Shown here: positions 43,501 to 55,500 of the stretch, piece after piece
Layout: every line of letters begins with the position of its first letter
Position numbering within the stretch: position 1 is the first letter of the stretch
Assembly (NCBI GenBank): GCA_964016885.1
Contig: OZ024746.1
Span: 32,116,001 to 32,180,000, forward strand
Origin: Eledone cirrhosa
Taxonomy: Eukaryota
Direction of reading: 5' to 3'
DNA length: 64,000 nt
The notes under the pieces: model-generated
Databases searched by the model: none
Told to the model about the DNA's origin: nothing
The model's input: the letters and a program-made list of their open reading frames with translations, nothing else
Position numbers and translations under genes: made by a program

Positions 43501-46500
43501 TGCGGGGGACATTGGCCTCTTCAACACAGTAGCACGTTGATAAATCTATTTTACCATCAACGTAACCTTTCTCTTCAGCTTTTGCATCTTTGAAATAGCG
43601 CAAAGAATTGGCATCTAGAACAAACCAATGTTTTCTCCATTCCTGTAGAAGGAAGTTCCAGGAGAGGAGCGAGCAGGAAGATGAGAGAAAAAAGAAAGAA
43701 AAACAATCATATATAAATATTCTGAATCATGAAAAATAATTAAAAAAGAAAAAAAATTGGAAAATGACAATTATTTCTACTTTAGGCACAAGGCCCACAA
43801 TATGTGGAGAGAAAAAAGTCAATTAGATCGACCCCAGTGCTTGACTGGTACTTTAATTTATCAACCTGAAAGGATGAAAGGCAAAGTTGACCTCAGCAGA
43901 ATTTGAGATCAGAATGTAAAGGCCATGACTAAATGCCGCAGAGCATTTTGTCCGACGCTCTACTGATTCTGCCAATAACCCTTTCGTGAACATACTTCTA
44001 ATGATCTATTTCAATGAAGAATTTTCAAAGCTTCACTAGAATTAATAATTATTTTGTTACTAAGGCAGTAACTTAACATAGTTTGTAAATAAAATTATGT
44101 TGCAATATTTTAAATTAAATAGGAACTTTTTGAAATGGGTCATTTTGTTTCATAGAATCAGGGCCACTTTTGGCCGGGTTGGTAACAAAAGGGTTAATCA
44201 TAATTCTTTCTAACATTGGTACAAGGCCAGTAATTTGGGAGAAGGGGAAAGTCCATTATATTGACCCAGAAAGATGAAAAAGTTGGTCTGAGAGAGATTT
44301 GAACTCTGAACATAGAAAGTCATAACTAAATACTACAAAATATTTTCTGCAATGTTCTACCAATTTTGCCAATGCATCATCCTAACAGAGTTTATAATAA
44401 TAATTTTGTTGGGGAGGGACAAGTGTTTGACTAGTACTTTATTTTATCAACACCTGGAAGGATGAAAGGCAAAATTGACCTTGATGGGATTTGAACTCAG
44501 AATATAAAGGGTTGTAACTAAATGCCACAAAGTATTTTGTTTGACTAGTAAATAACTTCTAATTTAAAGACAAGGCCAGCAATTTGGAGGAGGAGAAAAT
44601 GAATTAAATTGACCTTAGTACATGACTGGTACTTTATTTTATAGAGCCTTAAAGGATGAATGGCAAAGTTGACCTCGGTGGGATTTGAACTTAGAATGTA
44701 AAGAACTGGAACAAATACTGTAAAACAGTTTGTTTGACATTCTAATGATTCTGTCAATTCACCACACTAATAATAGTAATAATAATAATGGTTTCTCATA
44801 CAGGCACAAGGCCAGCAATTACCCAGTGTATTACTGGTACTTTATTTTATAATAATAATTGTTTCTACTTTTGGCACAAGGCCAGTAATTACCCAGTACA
44901 TTACTGGTACTTTATTTTATCAACCCCGTTAGGATGAAAGGCAAAGTTAACCTCGGCGGGATTTGAACTCAGAATGGAAAGGGCCGTAACTCTATGCGTC
45001 AAAGCATGGAGTCCGACCCGCTATCGATACTGCCAATCCACCGCCCTTATAATAATAATAATAATAATAATAATGGGACAGCAAGAACCCTCCGATATAT
45101 CCTGAATATCTGAGGCTGCAGGTAGCGGCTTGATGTTCATTAGGGAAAATTTTCCAGTTAAATAACAACAATGACTGAGATATCAAAGTTACAATAATAA
45201 TGATGATGACAAAATTAATGTGAAATGGGCAGGGTGACTTATACTCAAGTATATATAATGGGGATATGACTTATAAACAAGTATATATATATAAGAGGTG
45301 AAGGGGGATGAATTATACACAAGTATATATGGTAAAGTTCCCAAATAATAATGATCATGCAGCCACCACTATACTGATAACAACAATAACAACAACTATA
45401 AGAAAAAAAGAAGAAAAACAACAACAATAACTCCACAGCCAATGAGAGATAATTGTACAAACCTTTGTTAGCAAGACTGACTAATTAACTTAACATCGTT
45501 ATCATAATTTAATGTGATCAGATGGTGTGTTAATGCAAGATGAAGAGAACCTTATGTACACAATATGGCTACAATGACAGAAAATTCAGAACAACCACTC
45601 CAAAGATTATTCTACCATAAATGATAGTGTATGGGTCAACTTATAATGTGGGGTTATATCATGTATCATCATCCTTTTTACATCAGTTTTCCATGCTTGC
45701 ATGGGTTGAATGTATCTTTAAGGCTGTGTGATAGATGAGTTTTGCAGTTAGTCTACAAGTTAGTCTATCTGAAGTCCAAAGACTCATGAGGTCAGAGCTT
45801 ATCCCAGTTTCATTGATGTTAAGTGACTGATGCCAGTCTGTTGGAGAGTCAACCCCTAAATGTTACTACTGATACTTACTTATTTTCAGTTGGGTAGATT
45901 GGAGAAATGTGGAATGAAAACTCTTTCTGCAAGACATGCCACAGCAGTCCTAGAACATACCCATGATCTTAACCACAATCCTAACACACTAACTACCAGA
46001 CTGCATATAACTGCAACAAGCAACTACAACACCCAAAACATAAAAGCTAAACCTGGAATTCATGATAAGAATCTCAAATAGGCTGGGTGGGGCTTCAATT
46101 TATATCTTAAAGAATATCCCGTTATTTTCAGATATTTGAAAAGAAGAAATCTCAAATATTCACCACTAAACAATATTTCATATTTAAAGACATTCATAAG
46201 AATTTTAAAAAAAAGTTTGTGTGAAGTAGTAAACAGATTCATAACAAAGATTAGTGGAGATCTTAGTTATTATTATATGTGCAAAGTGAGATGTGAGAGA
46301 GGTTGAGTGGGGGTTGGGTTGGTGTGTCAGTGGAAAAATCCCAAGCACAAGCTGGGTTTGTGTGACAAGCTGACAAATCAAATACTGGTTAAGGCATGTT
46401 TTTAGGTTAAGTGAGTAGAGTGGAAGGTAGAAAGAGAAACAGTGAAATATTTTAATCAGTTTAACACATGTTGCTAGTTCTACTTCATTATATTACACCT

Positions 46501-49500
46501 CTTGTTTTTAGAATTGATTATGTATTGGTCTTTTAATTGGTTTCACTCAGTAGACTGCAGCCACGAGGGGGCACTGTCTTAAAGAGATCATATGGAGTCC
46601 AGTACTTATTTTTTCGAGTGTTTATTTTAGCGTTCTCTCTTTTGTTAAACAGTTAAGTTACAAGGCATAAATGCAGATACATGTACACATATGCATATAT
46701 ATGATGGGATTCTGCAGTTTCTGTCTACACAATTTCACTCTCAAAGATATTGATCAACTCAAGTCTGTAGAAGACACTTGTCCAAGGTGCCACAGTGGGA
46801 GTGAACCTGAAACCAAGTGGCTGTGAACTGAATCACTTAACCATACAGTCATACCTGCAACTCTATGGAACTATAATATTACACAATAAAACTATAAAGA
46901 AGGAAATTAAGCAAGTGGCAGCAGAGAGGGAGGGACAGTGAGGTATTTCCCAATAGTTTAGACTAACTGGCTCTCCCACCACATACAGAGTTTAAGCCTA
47001 TCATGATTTTTTCTAATGAAATATGCTATTTCAATTAATAGAAGAATTTTGATGGAAGTATTAAAATCATTATTTCATTACTAAGTAATTTAAAATATGG
47101 TTCTTATATAAAATTATTGTTTCTACTTTAGGCACAAGGCCAGCAATTACTCAGTGCATTACTGGTACTTTATTTTATCGACCCCATAAGGATGAAAGGC
47201 AAAGTCAACCTCGGCGGGATTTGAACTCAGATCATAAAGGGACGTAACTATGCTGGAAAGCATGGCGTCCGACCCTCTACCGATACTACCAATCCACCGC
47301 TCTATATAAAAGTTAGGTTCTTATATAAAATATAAGGTTCTTATATAAAATTATGTTGCAAGGTTTTAATTTAAATAGGAACCCAATTATATATCTAGAT
47401 ATGAACCAGACTTAATATATCTTCAGTTGTGTACCAAGTTTTGTATATTTTTAAATATGAACCAAAATTTATATATCTTAGTTATGAACTAGGTTTAATA
47501 TATCTTTAGATATGAACTAGATTTAATATATCTTTAAATATGAACCAAATATGGTTTGTATTGTGCTTAATTAATGATCGTCATTGACATTAAATTGATA
47601 TTAAAACAAATTAATTCAAAGGTTTCTCTTGTGCTGTACCAACCAGCCATCTTTTACATGCAACATGCCAACAATCTGCCATAGTTTCTTATTTTAACCC
47701 TCTCACATCCCATATGCTTTCCTCCAACAAAGGGAAAACATAGATGAACCAATAACCAAACTGCTTATACAGGGAAATATGTGTCAAACTCTACAGCGAG
47801 AGGTCCTTGTCCACATAACGATGGTTATGGTGGGATGTGTTTACATAATGATGGTTATGGTGTGGTACGATATATTCGCATGATGATGGTTATGGTGTGA
47901 TGTATCCACACAATGATGTTTATGGTGTGGTGTGTTCACAATGGATATGGTGTGATGGGGGTCATGATGGATATGGTGTGGTGGGGGTCATGATGGATAT
48001 GGTGTGGTGTGGCATGTTTACAGATGATGGTCCAGAAAACACGAGAAGACCAGAATGAAAAGCTGACCTTAATGAGATTTGAACTAAGAGCCCAGAGAAC
48101 TGGAACAAATACCACAAGGCATTCTAGCTGAAGCTCTAACAACTCTGCCTAGGGCAACCTTATCATCATCATAATTTTACATGTTTTCAATGTTGGTATG
48201 GGTTGGACAAGTCGTTACTGTTGGAGTCAGTTCTTATTTAGTTACTCTTTTGCAGAGGTTGGGGGACCATTCTTCACTCATATATTCCATGTTTGGTAAG
48301 AGTTCTACAGCTGGATACCCCTACTAATTCCAACACCTTTACTACAAAGTATACAGGGTGCATTTTGTGGCTCCAGCACTACAACTTTATAGGGTGTAGT
48401 TTATCATGACACCAACACTAGAGAGGTTGTCTTGTACAGTGCATGAGTTCTCCCTACTTCATACAGTGTCTGTTCTTTCAAAGCAAACTTGGCCGAGAGT
48501 GAGAATAGAAGGGGGGAGTAGAGATGTAGAGAATAAAAGAAGAAAGAGTGTACATATGAGTGTGATAGAGAAGGGGAGTAGAGTGCTCAAGTGATAAGAG
48601 TGATAACTACATGCTCGCTGTTGGTTGAATAAACTGCATGAGCAGTCTGATGAGATGGTAATAAAGAAGTGTCATGCTAAAGGAGTGATAGGTAGCACCA
48701 GGGGTGGGTGAGGGTGAGAATGGTAGATGTCAACTAAGAGTCAGATGGAGGATAGAGGATGATGGTTAGTGACAGAAGGTGAGAATAATGGTTAGCAGTG
48801 GGAGGTGTTGGTGAGGGGTACTGAATATGGCCAGATTTGGAACCTCCTCTTAATACAACCATAGCAATAGAAAAGGAGAAGAATGAAACTGATAATGAGT
48901 ATGGGTGCCAATCAGAGGTATTAAATACCATCATTATTCTTTACACAGTGATGTAGCATGATGAATAGGCTGGAGGGTGAGGGAAATAGATGGAGACTTT
49001 ACAGGGGTACATTGGGCAGGAGACTCAGTAGAAACAGGGTGAGGGCAATAGATAGATAGACAGAAGTGGAGGGAAGTTGTGGAGGAGGAAGACTAAGGAA
49101 AACATAGGCAGAGGTGGTGATAGCTGATCTAAGGTTGTTGGACCTCCTGCTGAACCACAGGGGAAAGATACCATACTGGAAAAGACTCATCTAACCTATG
49201 CAAGCAGAGAAAAATGGATGTATGATGATGATGGTGATAATGGTAGTGGTGATGGTGATGAAATAAATGGCAGAAAATAATTGTGGTAAAATAATTGAAA
49301 ATGGATTTAACAAAGAAATGAGAAAATATATGCTTGAATGACTTAGAAACCATCACCATAGTAACCAGAACTATAGAACTATATAGAACAGTAACATAGT
49401 AACCATCACCATAATAATAGAACTATAGAGAACAATGACATAGCAACTAAAACAATAGAATTATATAGAACAGTAATATAAACACCATCCCCATAGTTAC

Positions 49501-52500
49501 CAAAAGAATAGAAGAGTAACATAGAAACCATTACTATAGTCACCAGAACTATAGAACTCTTTAGAACAGTAACACAGTTGTGCGTGTGTGAGAGTATGTA
49601 TGTGTATGAATGTATTTAGATGTGAATGTATGTGTGTATAGGTATGAATGTGTGTATGAATGTGTGTATGAATGTGTATATGAATGTGTGTATGCATGTG
49701 TAGGCATGTGTCAGTGTGTGTATGTGTATGTTTCAGAATTAGATATAAATAGTTAAATATATTTTGGCTGACAAGAAGTAGTTGACACCTCTTGCTTGCA
49801 ATACCTTTTTTTATTCTTCCAACACCAGAGTGGGTGGGTAGATAGGGGATAGTTATGAGGTGTGGGGAGTAGTTGTGAGGTGTGAGATAATTTTTACCCT
49901 CAGCTCTGGTTAATTGTAGTTCAAAAAAGACGGACCTGCAGGCAATCAAGTGACATTTCACACTACCAAATATGTCGCAAATCATAAGGGCAAATTTTTG
50001 ACAATACAAAAGTCCTCCTCATCATAATAATAATAATAATAATTGTTTCTACTTTAGGCACAAGGCCAGCAATTTGAAGGAAAGAGAAAAGTTGATTAAA
50101 TCAACCCCAGTGCTTCACTGGTGCTTTATTTTATCGACCCTGTAATTAATAATAATTGTTTCTAGTATTAGACAGCCAGGAATTTAAAGGGAAAGGGAAA
50201 GTCACTTATATCAACACCAGTGTGTTACTGGTACTTTATTTTATTGACCCTGTAAGGGTGAAAGGCAAAGCTAATCTTTACAGGATTTGAACTCAGAACG
50301 TAAAGGGCCATAACTATATGCCACAAAGTATTCTGCTTAATGTCCTACTAAAATTGCCAATCCACAGCCCTAAAAAGTCACAATAATTGTTTCTAATTTA
50401 GGCACAAGGAAAACAGTTTTGTGGGGTAAAATATGTTGATAACATTGACCTAGTACTTCACTGGTACTTTATTTTATTGACCCTGTAAGGATGAAAGGTA
50501 AATTTGACATTAGCAGGATTTGAACTCAGAACTTAAAGAGCCAGAACAAAAGCCACAAAACCATTTTGTCCGATGCTCTAACAATTCTGACAATCCTCTA
50601 ATTTTGGCACAAGGACAGCAATTTGGGGAGGAGTTGATTATATCAACCCTAGTACTTGACTAGTGTTTTATTTTAGGGAACCCAGTATTAAGAAAGGCAA
50701 AGTTGACCTCAGCAAGAATTGAACTCAGAATAAAGTAACATCCAATAGTCATATCTTTATCATTTCTTAAGACAATAAATAGGATATGATTTAAAGAGCA
50801 TATATTTATCTAAAAATCTTCCATCATAATTTTATGAAAATCAAAACTTCATAATGTGAAAGTTATATTGCTAAATACCTTCAAATTCTTGATTATTTTC
50901 AAAATTATTTGAAAAATCATATGCAATGTCATTAGAACTATGGTAACTAAGGGGTGATGGTCATTAAAAATGTGTTAATGAAGGGGTTAAATGAAATTAG
51001 GTTGTTATTTCTAGCTGTTTCAATGGTCTCAGTAAAGACTATGTTACATTCAATTGTTACTCTGTCACTCCAGTACAGTTTGGATAAATATGAAGACTGT
51101 GTGTGTTTAGAGGAATTACTGGAGCAGATCCAACAATCTGGCTGATTACTGGGAGGAAAGAACTGTAATTTTCACATAGTTCTACTAAGTCAAACTATTT
51201 TCACTTCTGTAGATAATTCACATTTCAACTGTAAAGCCTTCTTTCCAACACTTTTTTTTTTTACTTAACCCTTTCTTTACCATATTTCTAATATAAGACA
51301 CTGCCTATGTCATTAACCCTTTCTTTACCATATTTCTAATATAAGACACTGCCTATGATTTTAAAATAATTTAAAAACTAATCAAGAATTTGGAAAGATT
51401 TAGTAATATAACTATTAAGCTGGTGTTTGGAGCATAACTTAAAGGTTCTTACATAAAATGATAATTGTTTCTACTTTTGGCACAAGGCCAGCAATTACCC
51501 AGTGCATTACTGGTATTTTATTTTATCAACCCCATAAGGATGAAAGGCAAAGTTAACCTCGGCAGGATTTGAACTCAGATCAGAAAGGGGCGTAACTCTG
51601 TGCTACAAAGCATGTTGTCCGACCCTCTACCGATACTGCCAAACCACCACCCTTACATAAAATGAAAATGGAAGGCTTTTAGATAAATATAAACACTTGA
51701 AAATAAAGTCTTGTATCATAGAACTAGGGGCAGGGTTTAGGTAATTTGGTACCCTTTCTTTACCATATTTCTAATGAAAGACACTGCCTATGATAAAAAA
51801 AAAAAAAATGAAAATAAGAATTTGGAAAGATAATCTCTCATAAGGTTATTCAAGATTGGAATGTGTGTATGTGTGTGTGTATATAATGTCAGTATGTGCA
51901 GTGTGTGTATGTATGAATATTAATGCTAATGCTACAAATGCACATATGCGACAAAATAGGAAAAACTAATATTGCAATATATATGTATAAAATAAGTAAT
52001 AAGCAACAGTAACTGGCATCTGTAAGCAACTCAAATCAAATAGTCGGATATCTGTAAGCAACTACTGTGTCACATAGCTGGACATCTGAAGGGGCTTCTG
52101 TAAGCAATTCTAATCCTATAGTTGAATATCTGTAGAGGTAAGTAATTTTAGCTGGACATCTGTAACACCTGTAAGTAATCATAGTGTCATAGATGGGCAT
52201 CTGTAAGTAACTACTGTGTTGCATAGCTGGAAATATGTAAGGACATCTGTAAGTAACTAAAGTCACCTAATTATACATCTGTAAGTAACTATTTTCACAT
52301 AGTAGGGCATCTGTAAGGACATTTGTAAGGACATCTGTAAGCAAATATAGTCACATAGTTGAGCATCTGTAAAAACATCTGTAAGCAATTATAGTCACAT
52401 AATTAAGCAACTGTACGGGCATCTGTAAGGACATTTGTAAGCAACTATAGTGACAAAAGAAATCCTACTAAAGCCACTTTTACTAAAAATAATAGCAGAG

Positions 52501-55500
52501 ATACTTTCCATTACATAATTACAAGAGAGGGACATTTTAAAATATTATTATTAGTAGTAGTACTATGAAGATTTTCCTTCTAAATTTACTATTTCTATAT
52601 ACTACAAGATCTGATCAACATTACAAGATCTGACCAATGCAACAAGTTGGCCAACATTACAAGTTTTGACAGTTATCTTTCTAAATGGCAATTTCAAGAA
52701 ATTTTAGAAGCATTTTTGTTTTGTTTTGTAAAGATATATACAAACTTTCACAAATTAAAGTTTGGAAAAGAAAAAAAAACACCACCCCTCTATTATTGAA
52801 GACAAGGGCAACAACACCAAAAACTATTTCCATGATGTGAGAAGAAAATATAGGAATTACTTGGTAAGCCATGCTTCAAATGAGGCAAGCAAAAGAAAGA
52901 AATCAAATTTTTATTATTATTATTATTACTAAAAAGCCTAGAAAGCTTACTACATCACCAGAGGACATTATGGAAGCCTTGAAAATAAAAAATAAAAAAA
53001 AACGAAAAAATAAAAATAAAAAAATGACAGCCATAATAATAATAGAACCAATGACAAGACTGAAGAGGAAGAAGAGGAAGAAGAGGAGGCAGAAGTGAAA
53101 TGATTAAGACAGAAATTACAGGTGTGCAAGGCTGTTATTACTGAATTTAGAATTTTTTTTTTCTCTCCATTGGGAATCAAACAACCAAAATGTTTTAATT
53201 ATCCACACAAACGGCAAGCTGAGTTGATCTGTAGTTCTTACCATTGTCATTTGTGTATATATAATACATAATATAATATATATAATATATATACAATATA
53301 ATATATATGATATATAATAAAATATAAACATCTATATAATATATAAAATATGATACATAATAATATATAAACATCAGACAATCTTGAAAGATGAATATAG
53401 TTTTCATAAATTCAGTACATAAAACTATGTTGTTGTGTGAAACAAAATATGAAAAACCAACCATGAGAATAAATGAAACATCATGAATAATTTAAAAAGT
53501 AAATCTCTGGCTTGAAATTTAAACAAAAATTAGACTGAATTGGAAAAAAATAAAATGAAATGAAAATGTTGCAAAGATAAAATAAGAAACAGTGAAACAT
53601 TTTTAAATGAAAATAAAATTTTTTTAAATTAATATAGGAAAAAAATTAAAATGAAAGAAATATAAATAATATATATATACAGTACAATAATTAGCAATTA
53701 GATAGCTACTTTAAGTTTTACTGTGTGCATTGCATGCTACTAGATAATCAGACGTTTTTAGACTCCATTTTTTATTCAAGATAGTGGGATGGTAAATTTG
53801 AAATAGATGAAAATTCTGGTCTGATGGGTCTAGACATTGTTGATTATCTGAAAACAAGCAGGTGACATCGTGAAACTTCAAGTAGCTAATTGCCAACTAT
53901 TGTACTGTACTATTATTATATATACATAATGTAGGAAATGAAAAACACAAGTATTCCAAGTTGTTGGAATTTAAACTTTTCAACATAAACAGTGCAAAAA
54001 AAGATTTTTTTTTTAAATTATAAACATTTTGAGCATAAAATTGAAAAAAATAATTTAAAAGAATAATAAAACGTTTAAAAAACAATAGATGCTACACATA
54101 AATAGAGACAGAAAGATAAACAGAGAGTTCATAGTATTTGTTGTACTCCAGCTACCTGAACCAAAGAAGATGGAGATTTAGAGAAAGTGACATGTATAAA
54201 CCAAATTTATATGTATCGCATATTACTCCCATATTAAGTGAAGTGTGTGTACCAGTGGTTATGATTCTAGGGTTCACAAACCGTTGCTGGTCCACAGGTG
54301 GGGGCCTGTGAGCTAAGCCCAAAATTTCAAGTACTTTGTTAAAAACATACTATTGGGTATCAATTCTTCTGAGTAAAAATATTTCTCCCAATTGTTATTA
54401 TCACTGTATAACAATGAGAAAAGGGGCAATTCCGGAGGTTCTACAGGAAAATTACTTTTTGGTAAATAAAAAAAATTAAAACTTCACTTGTATTTGTGTA
54501 TCAACATAATTGTTTCTACTTTTGACACAAGGCCAGCAATTACCCAGTGCATTACTGGTACTTTATTTTATTGACCCCGTAAGGATGAAAGGCAAAGTTA
54601 ACCTCGGTGGGATTTGAACTCAGAATGGCAAGGGCCGTAACTATATACGTCAAAGCATGGCGTCCGACCCTCTCCCAATACTGCCAATCCACCGCCCTTT
54701 TGTTTATCAACATAATGTAAGATAGAACAAAATATGATATAGAATTTATATACAGCTAACAGGTATTGAATCTGACTAAGAAAAGTTAAATAGAGCATCA
54801 GAAAATTGTAAAGGAAGGCTAGTATGTTTGTATTAACTTAATATCCTCTAGAACCTACCAAATAATATTGAAAACAGGGGACACTGCCCTCAGGTATCTG
54901 CTTAACATATTTATCACTAAACATCCTGTAATGATTTGGCAGAAAATATCTAAACAGGTTTGTTAATTCAAACGTTTATAGTATTTTTACTAGAGGACAG
55001 ATTGTTGTGAAAGTTTGTAGTATTAGAGTAAAGACTTACAGTCAATCCTTGAATGAGGATAGTATGAGTTGTGGCAATCATGCATCTCTTAAATATATTT
55101 AGAGAACAATAGTGTGATGCAATTTTATATAATACAGGCAGAGATATAAATAAATGAACAGGTGAAATCTGTGATTGACAGGGAAAAAGAAACCATTAAG
55201 ACCAGTGGAAGAACACAGAGAAATATGAAAGCAAAATGATTGTTACCGACAGGAGGAGTTACAGATGAGAGTATAGGGTATGAATTGGGTGTGATCAAGG
55301 AAAGTGACCAATAGTGACCAACTGAAAGGAAAATTAGATGTTACATACAAGATTTCAATAACTTCTAAGACAAAGAAAAAACCCAGAGTCAATAATATTT
55401 TAACTCTTAACATTTTGTAATATGATTTATCAAAACATATCTAAAAATAGGATTGTTAATTCAAATGTTTATAGTATCTTTACAAGTTGACAAATAGTTG

